A stretch of DNA of 64,000 bases, from NCBI RefSeq assembly GCF_006345805.1, contig NC_043014.1:49352001-49416000 (forward strand), written 5' to 3'. The stretch's first letter is position 1, and each line of letters begins with the position of its first letter. Shown piece by piece: positions 1-12,715 of this stretch. This stretch comes from Octopus sinensis. Taxonomy: Eukaryota. A program made the translations under genes and the position numbers. The notes under the pieces are model-generated. The model worked only from the letters and a program-made list of their open reading frames with translations. It had not been told where the DNA came from and ran no database searches.

Positions 1-323
1 CGGTTAACCGATACCTGGGTAGCAAATTCATGTCAGAAAAACACGGTTGAAGCTACATGCCAAGGGCAGAGATCACGTGCTTTCGTGTGGAAATTTGTGT
101 GTTTTTTAATACAAATAAATGAAAGAATGGAGTTGAACAACGATTTAACAAAATTCCTTTGTTATTTGTCGAGAATAACATATGTCGAGAATAAAGGAAT
201 TTTGTTAAATTGTCGTTCAACTCCATTCTTCATTTATTTATATATATTATATATATATATATATATAGATATATATATATATTATATATATTATATATAT
301 ATTTTTTTTTTTTTTTTTTTTTT

Positions 324-500
324 ATCACGCTCAGAGTTGCTGAAGCATGGAATAAACTGCCTGCGTCAGTTGTTGACTGCCATGACACTGCATCTTTTAA
401 GGCCCTCATGCTTTCCAAAATCCGCCGAAAACTACACCTGATTATATATACACTTTAGATGAGTTGTAGTGCACCTGAGCACTGTACACAATTTTATTAT
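324..500 (+). mobile_element. CR1-type LINE extreme 3' fragment, same family as 60650
   Basis: ITLRVAEAWNKLPASVVDCHDTASFK and the shared 3' end GTGCACCTGAGCACTGTA. Confidence 0.8.
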
Positions 501-542
501 TATTATTATTATTATTCTATATATATATGTATTATGTATGTA

Positions 543-595
<53 letters not shown>

Positions 596-613
596 TATTA
601 TATATATATATAC

Positions 614-659
<46 letters not shown>

Positions 660-728
660 TTATTTAAATGTTACTTGTTAGGGAATAAAAATTCGGCATA
701 ACAGAGGTTCAAATTATTCTCAATGAGG

Positions 729-1100
729 AAATATATTTTAATTTAGAGATAATATACCCCTACATCTCACCATATAAAAAGAATTTTTATTTTCATTTTA
801 AATACCTACTGTTTTATTACTTGGCAACACGTGGTTCATGAGGCACATTCTCTGGTTCCTAAACCACTCTGTGTTTTCCTGGAACCCTTCTTAAAATGTA
901 ATCCTAATCATCAGGCCCTTATATCACTTTATCAACGTTCAATATAATAAACTATATTTAAATTTCTTAAAGCACTTAAGTATGTGAAACAAGTGTTGCC
1001 AAGTAATAAAACAGTAGGTATTTAAAATAAAAATAATAATTCTTTTCTTTTTATATGGTGAGATGTAGGGGCCCTACTATCTCTAAATTAAGATATATAT
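729..1100. repeat. Foldback palindrome (~105-bp arms)
   Basis: ATACCTACTGTTTTATTACTTGGCAACAC mirrored by GTGTTGCCAAGTAATAAAACAGTAGGTAT. Confidence 0.88.
823..917 (-). ncRNA. Hammerhead-like motif with long nested stem II
   Basis: GGC CUGAUGA [UUAGG..ACAUU..GGUUCC..AAAC/GUUU..GGAACC..AAUGU..CCUCA] U GAAC CACGUGU U GCC. A15.1 is mutated here but intact in the mirror arm (gaaacaagtgttgcc, ~985-1000). Confidence 0.4.
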
Positions 1101-1107
1101 GTGTATC

Positions 1108-1140
<33 letters not shown>

Positions 1141-1232
1141 TATGTATGTATGTATATGTGTATATATATATATGTATGTATGTATATGTGTATATATATA
1201 TGTATGTATGTGTATATTTATATATATATACG

Positions 1233-1280
<48 letters not shown>

Positions 1281-1426
1281 GAAATGAGGTAATCAGAAGA
1301 TCGGATGGTTCATATTTATAGATATTTATTTATATATTACATTTTTTACATATATATATCATATCATTCAGATCATATCATTCAGATTATTAGCGCTTTC
1401 TCCCATTCTAGTGGGGTTTTCAAATC

Positions 1427-1460
<34 letters not shown>

Positions 1461-1567
1461 CACATATGTTTACACAACATTTGATCACTATAAACAAATC
1501 ATCTGCGTGGTTGTTCGGTAAGAAATAGTCAAACCCTCATATGTCGTCTAATGACAGAAGAGTCCAT

Positions 1568-1605
<38 letters not shown>

Positions 1606-1609
<4 letters not shown>

Positions 1610-2000
1610 AGGAAAATAAGACAAGGTAGAAAATGGTGAAATAATTTTACCATGAAGAACATTTTAGTACCGGTTTCAGTCTTTGCGACTTTTTCAACTT
1701 AGAGAAAAGGTTGAAAAACAATTCAATCATGGAAAAATTTAATGAAATGTTTTTTTTTAAATATTTCCATAGTTTTCAAATATTTTACAAGAGTAAAAAA
1801 GAAAAACAGACAGAAAAAAGGAAAATGTCCCTTGTATTTGAAAACTATGGAAACATTTAAAAAAAACATTTCAATTAATTTTCTCACAATTTAATTGTTT
1901 TTCATGCTTTACTCTAAGTTGAAAAATTCGCAAAGACTGAAAATGGTACTAAAATGTTCTTCAAAATTATTTCACCATTTTCTACCTTGTTTTCCTTATA
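1606..2000. repeat. Foldback palindrome (~165-bp arms) next to (TA)n
   Basis: TATAAGGAAAA...GGTGAAATAATTTT mirrored by AAATTATTTCACC...TTCCTTATA. Confidence 0.9.
1663..1703 (-). ncRNA. Hammerhead-like motif with U3-A8 core in a foldback arm
   Basis: UUGAAAA AGUC-GCAAA-GACU GAA ACCGGU A; stem I is weak. A decayed mirror copy is at 1914-1955 (+). Confidence 0.4.
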
Positions 2001-2766
2001 CATATCAACTCGTGTGTTCCTTTCAACCTTCTAACACACACACACACACTTTTACACACATACATTACATACATATATATATATATATATATAATATATA
2101 TATATATATATACTATATATATATATTATATATTAATATAATATCTTTATTGATATTTAGGGGAAGGAACAGAGTGACACAAGGTCTGAGAGTTTCATGC
2201 GTTTGATATAAGTGCCAACACACGAAACTTTTAGACCCTGAGTCACTCTGATACTTGTGCTAAATATTAATAGAAATTATATATTTTAATTTCTATTTTT
2301 CCTGTTTGCATCAACATGACTGTACATATGTGTGTGTGTATGCATATATGTATATATGTATATGTATACATGCATACATATAGATATATATAAATGTGTA
2401 TATATACACACACATGTATACATACTTTTAATATTTTTGATAATTATATATAAAAAATAAATAAATAAATAATTAATTAAATAATATATAAATATAAAAA
2501 TACACACACACACATATATATATATTTATAAATTTAAATTATAAGTTAAATTATTTAATAATTTTTTAATTTATAACTTTTATATTTTTAAATTTAATTT
2601 TATGTATTGGTTATGTCTTTCATTGTTTGATTGCCTAATAGTGGTTTTATCTCTAATTTAAATAATATAATAAATGTATTTATACTATAAAATTGGATTT
2701 AATCCTAAATCTAATTTTTCCTGTAAGTTTGGATTTATTCCCTAATATTATTATATATATATTTAT

Positions 2767-2808
<42 letters not shown>

Positions 2809-2902
2809 GTGTGTATGTGTGTGTGTGTGTGTGGTGTGTGTGGGTATATATATATATATGTGTGTATATATATATATGTGTGTGTGTGTATATATATATA
2901 TG

Positions 2903-2954
<52 letters not shown>

Positions 2955-3256
2955 TATAAATATATATATGTATGTATATAACATATATATATAAAATTAA
3001 AATAATAAGGGTGAAAAATTGAATATTAATTTATTAATATCCATTTAAAACCAGTGGTCTACCATATTGAAATATCTGAAGTTTCAGAAAATATGTATAT
3101 ATATATGTATGTATGCATGTATGTATGTATGTATGTATGTATGTATGTATGTATATATATGGATGTATGAATATATATGAACGTATGCATGTATATATAT
3201 ATATGTATGGATGGATATATATATATATATGAATATGTATACACACACATACATAC

Positions 3257-3298
<42 letters not shown>

Positions 3299-4030
3299 TT
3301 CCTCATTTAATGTCTATTGTCCATGCTGGTATGTATGTGTGTGTGTGTGTGTGTGTGTGTGCGTGCGTGTGCGCGTGCATGTATATATATATAAATACAT
3401 ATTCTTTATCTTTTCCTTGTTTCAATCGTTAGACAAACAAAAACAAAAAACGTGTCCGGTATTTACTTCTTTTCTCAACTTGGCACTCCTTTTATCGGTC
3501 CGTTTTGCCGGACTCCTAAGTTACAGGGATGTAAACAAACCAACGCCTGTTGTCAAGTGACGGCGTTTAGAGGACAAACACACCCACCCACCTACAACAC
3601 CCACCTACAACACCCACCTACAACACCCACCTACAACACCCACCTACAACACACACACACACACACACACACAAATACGATCGGCTCTTCCTGTTAAACA
3701 CAATACGTCGTTATGTAATTTCAGGGGAAATTTTTTCTGCCATTTCCAACGAACCCCAGCAAACATATTCAGGTTTCCCTCAAACCCGATTGCTGCTTCT
3801 ATCTTTAAATGGTTTGTCACAGTCACATCACAAACACAGCCACTGTAATTTCCCAGAACTATGAATAACTCCACTGATTTTGTCAACAAATCGAGGTCAA
3901 ACGAGAAGTACAAAAGAATCACATTAAATGAACATTACTTTCAGTTTTGCCTTAAGTTTCACATCAGAAAATAAATGACGATCGTAGACAGTTCAATAAT
4001 TCGTTCAATGCCTTGATCAGCGAAGTACAT

Positions 4031-4356
4031 ATCGTTATTGGAATATATTGAACTTCCCCAAACCATTTCAGCGATGGGTAAGTTGGTTTGTTTTCTACGA
4101 CACATTTTTATTATAAATATCATTAACAAAGACGTGGGGAGATCGAATTAATCTCAAATAACTCAGCTCTTGAGCCTATTGTTAAAAAAATCGTTATTGG
4201 AATATATTGATCTTCCCCAAATCACTTCAGCTATGGGTAAGTTGGTTTGTTTTTCTACGACTCATTTTTATTATAAATATTATTTATCCAGCAGTGGGGG
4301 AGATCAAATTAATCTCAAATAACTCAGCCCTTGTGCCTATTGTAAAAAAATCGTTA
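4031..4356. repeat. Tandem duplication, ~160-bp unit x2
   Basis: ATCGTTA anchors at 4031, 4190 and 4350. Confidence 0.9.
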
Positions 4357-4661
4357 CTATGAAACTGGCAGAACAGTTTAGCACTCTGGACAAAATGCTT
4401 AGCGTCATTTCGTCCGTTTTGACGTCCTGAGTTCAAATTCCGTCCCAGGTCGACTTTACCTTTTATACTTTTGGGCGTCGATGAAATCAATACCAGTTGA
4501 ATACTAGGGTCAATGTGATCGACTTAACGCTCTTCCCCGATAGTGCTGGCCTTGTGCCAAAATTTGAGACTATTATTATTGTTGGCCTTTCCTTGTTTTG
4601 TCCTGTATTGTCCATAATGTAAACCTTTTGTGGTTAATAATGAAATTACCACCACCACCAC

Positions 4662-4700
<39 letters not shown>

Positions 4701-4708
4701 CATCATCA

Positions 4709-4741
<33 letters not shown>

Positions 4742-5030
4742 TATTATTATTATTATTATCATCATTATTATTATGGCGGAAACGTTAGCAAGCCAGGCAA
4801 AATGCTTAGCCGTATTTCGTCTACCGCTACATTCTGAGTTCAAATTCTGCCGAGGTCGACTTTGCCTTTCATCATTTCGGGGTCGATTAAATAAGTACCA
4901 GTTACGCACTGGGGTCGATATAATCGACTTAATCCGTTTGTCTGTCCTTGTTTGTCCCCTCTGTGTGGAACCCCTTGTGGGCAGTAAAAAAAATAAAAAT
5001 TATTATTATTATTATTATTACTATTATTCT

Positions 5031-5091
5031 CCTTCAATTGGACAGGCCAAGGCAATTTTCCTTTGCCTGGTGGCTGTGGCAAAAGTGGTTG

Positions 5092-5122
<31 letters not shown>

Positions 5123-5705
5123 CTCCTTCAATCGGGCAAGCCAAGGCAATTTTCCTTTGCCTAGTGGCTGTGGCAAAAGAAGTCGTTTGGTGGACAAGGC
5201 TGAAAGTCATGAGGACAGATACATTCCTCTTTGGTAGAGCTCTCATTGACTTCTTCAACGTTTACTTGAAAAGGAAATGGAGAGTGGAGAGTGAAGTGCT
5301 GTCCTCGAGTGAGTTTACTGAAGGGTGAGTGAAAGTTGCGAAAAATGGCAAGAGTGGATGGTACCTCTCTGAGCGTAGACCTGTAAGTCGGAGAGAAGGA
5401 ATTGGAGAGGCCACTTGCTCCTAGGATTTCAGGGAAATCTCAGACAGTGGGGTTCCTCGATTATCCCTAGAGGTGTTCCTGGATGAGGATGGCCACATCT
5501 TTATCATCCTCCCCGCTCCTTTTGTTTTTCTTTGTTTTTTTGGTTTTTTTAACCGTTGTATGTTATACATAAGTCCCTTCTTTTCCAGTATATACCATGT
5601 ATAGTTTTTTTTTATCGTTTCATTATTATATATAAACCCCAACACTTGATGTCTGTCTCTGTTTTGTCCCCCTCAGCCTTTGCCCTTGTGGCAAAAAAAA
5701 AGGAA
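5031..5705 (+). mobile_element. 5'-truncated L1/Tx1-clade LINE 3' end (ORF2 C-terminus and 3' UTR)
   Basis: LVAVAKEVVWWTRLKVMRTDTFLFGRALIDFFNVYLKRKWRVESEVLSSSEFTEG resembles Tx1-type ORF2 C-termini. Ends TGCCCTTGTGGCAAAAAAAAAGGAAATT. The first ~55 nt are duplicated around a (TTA)n run. Confidence 0.6.
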
Positions 5706-5708
5706 ATT

Positions 5709-5740
<32 letters not shown>

Positions 5741-5761
5741 TATTATTATTATTATTATTAT

Positions 5762-6140
5762 TATATGTTTGACTTTTGCTTTGTATTTGTACAAGTTGGC
5801 TCCAAGTCTCACCCGGAGACCCCAAGAGACAACAGGTTGGAAGTTCACGTTGTTGTTATGCCTAGTGTGCCATATATTTGGTTGTTTTTTGTGTTGTACT
5901 AGTGGATGTCTAAAAAAAATATTTGTTTTAAACCTTGAGATTACATAGACAGTATTTTGCGTAGGATATGAACAGTTCCCATGAGCACTATCTTTTGAAT
6001 TTCTGCCATTTTTGGGTTTCCTGGTATCTGAGTTAGGTAGCTATCTGCCCCTTTTGCTATCATTTCCAAGGCACCTATGACAACAGGTATTGTTTTAGTC
6101 TTCAGGTTCCACATTTTGCTGATTTCTATTTCAAGATCTT
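5762..6140 (-). mobile_element. R4/Dong-clade LINE 3' end
   Basis: KDLEIEISKMWNLKTKTIPVVIGALEMIAKGADSYLTQIPGNPKMAEIQKIVLMGTVHILRKILSM-stop, then a 3' UTR; (TAA)n on both sides. Confidence 0.85.
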
Positions 6141-6307
6141 TATTATTATTATTATTATTATTATTAATATAATTAAAATTCTGCCGAGGTTGACTTTGCC
6201 TTTCATCCTTTTAGGGTTGACTAAACAAGTAGCAGTTACACACTGGGGTCGATGTAATCGACTCACCCTCACCCCAAATTTCAGGCCTTGTACCTACAGT
6301 AGAAAGG

Positions 6308-6350
<43 letters not shown>

Positions 6351-6900
6351 TATTATTATTATTTTTATTATTATTACTTTTGTTTTTGTTGTTGTTACTA
6401 TTATTTTAATTTGTCACGTTGATATGAAGCCATTTTATAGAGTTCAAAAGAGGTGGTCACTAAATGTCCAGCTCTGGCCATACTCATTGTTTGTTATACT
6501 AAGGGGTGTTATTGTTCAGACCCCAGTCAGTTTTGATTGGGAAACGCTGTTGATTCAAGGGCCAAGCATTGTCCTTAATCAAAAACTTTCTGGGCAACAA
6601 TGGTTGCCATTGGCACAGCTTATATAAACGCACAATCACAAACACGTGCGTGTGTGTGTGTGTGTAATGCATATCAGTGTGTATATCTGCAAGCCACATT
6701 TTTCCCTCACATTAAATCCCAGTATAATCATAATTCACAAAACCTGAACGGTATTTGTAAAAGAAAATTTCAATAAAAAAGTATCCATTTTTTTCTGAAA
6801 GTTATGAGGAAACAAAGTCAGGCATGTAGGTATGCTTGTATGTATATTATCTGTCTGTCTATCTATCTATCTATCTATCCATCCTCTAGCTATCTATCTA

Positions 6901-6931
<31 letters not shown>

Positions 6932-6988
6932 TCTATCTATCCATCTCCATCCATCCATCATCCATCCATCCAGTCCATCCATCCATCC

Positions 6989-7039
<51 letters not shown>

Positions 7040-7044
7040 GTCTA

Positions 7045-7112
<68 letters not shown>

Positions 7113-7795
7113 ATATATACACATACATATATACATACATACATACATACATACATATATGCACATGTGCACGCATATGTATAAATATATACACACACAC
7201 GCACACATATAGGCATACATATGCATATGTCTATATGTATATACGTATCCATGTGTTGTGTATGTGTGTGTGTGTACATTTCACTTAGGCTTTAGAAGTC
7301 AATATACATATGCTTCAAAATGAAGGGTCAGTCAAATATGGAGCGATTACAAGAAATTAGAATGATAGAAGAACAAGCAAATATGATATAAACATTGTTT
7401 TCTTAACAGCTGTTTCTGCTATAGGACGTAATGTAGTAGGCAAGTATTCAACTGAAAGCTAATGTAGTTCATAACATAATCATTTATTTCCTTAGTCATT
7501 GAAATTTCTGATATGTGTGTGTGTCAGCAACAATCAGTGTTAAGGCATAAATGAATTTTAAGCTTGGTAAAATATTTTATTTGATATATTTCAACTTCTC
7601 AAGGCACAGTCACTGTAGTCACTGGGGAGAAAAAATTTTCTCTTATAGTAAAAATGGTAACCAACCACATGGTTGCTGGTTCAGTCCCACTGCGTGGCAT
7701 CTTGGGCAAGTGTCTTCTGCTATAGCCCCGGGCCAACCAGCGCCTTGTGAGTGGATTTGGTAGACGGAAACTGAAAGAAGCCTGTCGTATATATG

Positions 7796-7828
<33 letters not shown>

Positions 7829-9161
7829 TGTTTTGTGTTTGTCCCCCTAGCATTGCTTGACAACTGATGCTGGTGTGTTTACGTCCCCGTCACTTAGTGG
7901 TTCGGCAAAAGAGACCGATAGAATAAGTACTGGGCTTACAAAGAATAAGTCCCGGGGTCGATTTGCTCGACTAAAGGCGGTGCTCCAGCATGGCCGCAGT
8001 CAAATGACTGAAACAAGTAAAAGAGTAAAAGAGTAAAGAGATGTAAAAACACCATACCTATGCAGTGCTGCCCCCTATATACCCAGATACATACATACAG
8101 ACAGACAGACAAACAGATATGCTGATGCAAACAGGAAAAATAGGAATCATACTTTTATTGATATTTAGCAGTGGCAACAGAGTGCCTCAAGGGCCAAGGG
8201 TTTCATGCATTGGCACTTATGAAACAGGCAAATAAGAAAATGGAGAGGATATAAAATCAACAAACATCAGCCAGTAAACATTTCATTATACTCTCTCTCT
8301 CTTTTACTCTTTTAGTTGTTTCAGTCATTTGACTGCGGCCATGCTGGAGCACCGCCTTTAGTCGAGCAAATCGACCCCGGGACTTATTCTTTGTAAGCCC
8401 AGTACTTATTCTATCGGTCTCTTTTGCCGAACCGCTAAGTGATGGGGACGTAAACACACCAGCATCGGCTGTCAAGCAATGCTAGAGGGACAAACACAGA
8501 CACACAAACATATACACACACATACATACATATATATATATACATATATACGACAGGCTTCTTTCAGTTTCCGTCTACCAAATCCACTCACAGGGCTTTG
8601 GTCGGCCCGAGGCTATAGCAGAAGACACTTGCCCAAGATGCCATGCAGTGGGACTGAACCCAGAACCATGTGGTTGGTAGGCAAGCTACTTACCACACAG
8701 CCACTCCTGCGCCTTATATATCTATTTATTAAATGATAACAAACATATGTTTGAGTGGTACAAGTAAATGAATGACATCAGCCAATAAATACGTAAGCAG
8801 ATATATATATAGAGAGAGATAAATGAATGAATAATAATAGATGAGTGTACAGATACGAATCCCTTACAGCCGTTTCTGCCACATGGCCTCAGAATCTTTC
8901 AAGTCATCCTCATCACATCAGTGATATACAGGGATGAACAAACATTGGACAGCGATTGGGTAATGGTTGAGCTTCAAGGCTTCTTCAGAGAGTACAAATG
9001 TTAGGAAACTAACATGAAGGAAATTTAGGTAGAATAATAGAATAAAGTAAAACAGATAAAATTTAAAATAATGTAATGTAATTGACATGGTAAGGAAATG
9101 TAAGAACTTCATTTAAGGTGTTATTATAATCCATGGTATTCCATATATTTATATATATATG

Positions 9162-9221
<60 letters not shown>

Positions 9222-9261
9222 TATAATATAAATAATATAAATATATATGCATATATACATA

Positions 9262-9664
9262 TGTATATGTACATACTTACATCTATATGTATACAGATAT
9301 GCATATGTTTGCACAGGACATCACGAAATGTGTACAGCAAAAAAGTACGAAGCACAAGTACATGGAACATGAACTATTCTTTCAAACAACGAAAGACACA
9401 AATGGAAAACAAAACAAACAGCATAAAGAACAACTCTTCATCAGCTGTTGGCTGGTTTTCTAGTCTCGTATTTTGAGAAAAACAGCCAACCACTGATGAA
9501 GGGTCGTTCTTTTTGTTGTCTATTTTGTTTTCCATCTGTGTCTTTTGTTGATCGAAAGAATAGTCCATGTTGCTTTGGATTTTTTTTCTTGTATACATTT
9601 CGTGATGTCCTGTGCAAACATATGCATATATATAACTGTATAGATATGAGTATGTACATATACG

Positions 9665-9665
<1 letters not shown>
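9262..9665. repeat. Foldback palindrome (~200-bp imperfect arms, 14-nt loop)
   Basis: TTTGCACAGGACATCACGAAATG mirrored by CATTTCGTGATGTCCTGTGCAAA. Confidence 0.88.
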
Positions 9666-9726
<61 letters not shown>

Positions 9727-9761
9727 GGCATATATTTATATACATACATACATACATATAT

Positions 9762-9813
<52 letters not shown>

Positions 9814-9911
9814 ATATAATATATATATGCTTCTTTTTCGAATATATAGTATTTATATTATTACATGATTGAACGCCACACATCCTCTTCCAAGTAAATT
9901 GTATCTATATT

Positions 9912-9943
<32 letters not shown>

Positions 9944-10409
9944 CACACACACATATATATATGTATACAAAATAAGAAAATGGAGAAATACATCGAAATC
10001 AAATATCAATTACCTATATTTATATTTATATTTACTGATATTTATATTCTCTTATATATACTCTACTTATTGTATAACATTACTCTTTTATGTACACTCC
10101 TTTATGTACACTGTTTTGTTCCACTTTTTTATGTTTAGCCTTATAGTTTCTTATGTGGTGGTTTAATAAAGTATGTGATTGGGTATTATCTGGTAATTGA
10201 TATTTGATTTCGATGTATTTGTCCATTTTCTTATTTTGTATTATGAATTTGTGGTAAAACATTTTACCTTTGCCCATATAATACAGTAAATGAATTAATT
10301 GCATCGCAATCCTTAACATTTATGTATTAACTTTGTTGGGTACTTCACTAGCAGTATATTGGATATATGTTATCCCATGGAGGGTTGCATTTACAACCCC
10401 TATCTCATT

Positions 10410-10468
<59 letters not shown>

Positions 10469-10482
10469 ATATATATATATAT

Positions 10483-10550
<68 letters not shown>

Positions 10551-10845
10551 TAGATAGATATACACATACACACATACACATATATACATATGCACACAAT
10601 CACTCACACACACACTTGCCTATCATCATCATCGTTCTAAATGTTCCCACTGATCCATGCTGACATTGAGGTCAGATGGCGTTACCAGAGCAAGGTAATG
10701 TTTCCACATGACCTGGCATGTCTCTGCCAAATTACCGGATACGAACTCCACTCCTTGCATGACAGTTGTCCTCATTTACTACTATCACACAAGCAGACAG
10801 AAGCATACGTATTCTCTCTTTCTTTCTATTTCAGGCAACACATAC

Positions 10846-10929
<84 letters not shown>

Positions 10930-11129
10930 CATACATACATACATATTTACACACACACACACACACACAATAAATAATAAAAGGGCAAAATCAATAATAA
11001 TTTTACCAGGTGGTCAGTGTGGAAATAAAAACCTCATATAATTACAAAATATTTTATGATTATATACATAATTATAAGAATGGATCGTCGTCTATAAAAT
11101 ATTCTATAAAATATTTTATATATATATAT

Positions 11130-11460
11130 AAAGTGAGATAGGGGTTATGAGTGTAACCCACCATGGGATATCATTTAGCCAATATGCTGCCAGTAAAGTA
11201 CCCAAAAGGCTAATACATAAATGCTTATAATTTCAATGCAATTAGTTCATTTATTGTATTATATGGGCGAAGGTAAAATGTTTTACCTCAAATTCATAAT
11301 AAAAAATAAGAAAATGGCAGAATAGATTTCTTTGAATCATCAACTTACAGATAATACCAATTCATATAATTCATTAACTAATTAATTAAATTAAATAGGA
11401 ACATCCAAATCCAACAGAATAAGACGGAATATCCTCCATTTTCTTATTTTGTATTATATA
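11130..11460. repeat. Unclassified TA-flanked repeat with internal inverted repeat; copies at 9966-10410 (opposite orientation) and 49992-50305
   Basis: Shared AAGTGAGATAGGGGTTATGAGTGTAACCC start and AATAAGAAAATGG / CCATTTTCTTATT inverted pair. Confidence 0.75.
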
Positions 11461-11469
11461 TATATATAT

Positions 11470-11870
11470 ATTGTTGTTGGCATCCTTTTGTCTCAGGAGA
11501 CAATGGAGTTGCGCATAAACTAATCCAGTCTGGTTTTTACATTTCATGTCCTCTCCAGATACCTCTCCAGTTTTGCGCAGGCCTGGGCTAGATATAAGAA
11601 AATCCTGGGTAGCCCAATCGTCAGGATTCCTCTCTCGACCTTGCTGACGTAGTCCAAAGGAGTGCAGAGCATTACGTTTGGCACCAGCTTGGTTGCAGGA
11701 GCTGCCGGAAGAGTGTCAAGTCAAACACTAAACCGCCTATGGGGCTCCACTCCGGATTTCTTTGACGGTTGTCTCCTTTCCGTAACCCTGGATAGGAGCC
11801 CATACTGGGTACTGTCAGCCGGAGCCAGCTGAGCCCGGGACTCATGTCAGCAGGGTCGTCACTCTCTGAA
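11470..11870 (-). mobile_element. Short RTE-like non-coding element with (CAA)n tail
   Basis: GC-richer block ending (minus strand) ...GAGACAAAAGGATGCCAACAACAA; classified by resemblance only. Confidence 0.4.
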
Positions 11871-11883
11871 TATATATATATAC

Positions 11884-12047
11884 ACAAGAGGCACTGAAAA
11901 ATTCCTGGCTTAAAGGGTGTCGCAAAAGGCCCGGTTGGAGGCCCAACCTTCCAAGTTTTTTTACAGTGCTTAGAAAAACTACAATAAGTGTGTGAATCCT
12001 GTATTTTCTTTTACCCAAAGCCATTGAGTTTTCGGCACACTCTCACA
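11884..12047. mobile_element. Degenerate mariner-type MITE
   Basis: Imperfect inverted ends CAAGAGGCACTGAAAAATTCCTGGCTT / AAGCCATTGAGTTTTCGGCACACTCTC in a TA context. Confidence 0.4.
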
Positions 12048-12715
12048 TATGTATGTATGTATATATATATATATACACTCATATTCTTTTACTCGTTTAC
12101 TTGTTTCAGTCATTTGACTGCGGCCATGCTGGAGCACCATCTTTAGTTGAACTAATCAACCCCAGGACTTATTGTTTGTTAGCCTAGTACTTATTCTATC
12201 AGTCTGTTTTGCTGAAATGCTAAGTTACAGGGATATAAGCACACCAACATGAGTTGTCAAGCAATGGTGGGGTGGACAAACATAGACACACAAATACATA
12301 CATACATACACACACACACATATATATATACATATATATACGACAGGCTTCTTTTAGTTTCCGTCTACTAAATTCACTCACAAGGCTGTGATAATAATAG
12401 TAATAATAATAATAGCATAATAATAATAGTAATAATAATAATTTATTTCTTTATTGCCCACAAGTGGCTAAATGTAGAGGGGACATACAAGGACAAACAA
12501 AGGGATTAAGTCAATTGCATCAACTCCAGTACGTAACTGGTACCCTTTTAATTGAGCCTGAAAGTACGAAAGGCAAAGTCAACCTTGGCGGGATTTGAAC
12601 TCAGAACGTAATTACAGATAAAATACCACTAAGCATTTCACCCGGTGTGCTAACGATTCTGCCAGCTCACTGCCTTAAATAATAATAATAATAATGATAA
12701 TCAGTGAATGAGGTG

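Noticed and set aside
3644-3922. 92-aa minus-strand ORF in unique sequence
   Set aside because: No homology recognised, it ends in a (GT)n run, and there is no supporting exon structure.
9430-9575. CTGATGAAG in both arms of the 9262-9665 foldback as a hammerhead
   Set aside because: There is no convincing stem II or palindromic stem III, and the downstream GAAAGAATAG does not pair.
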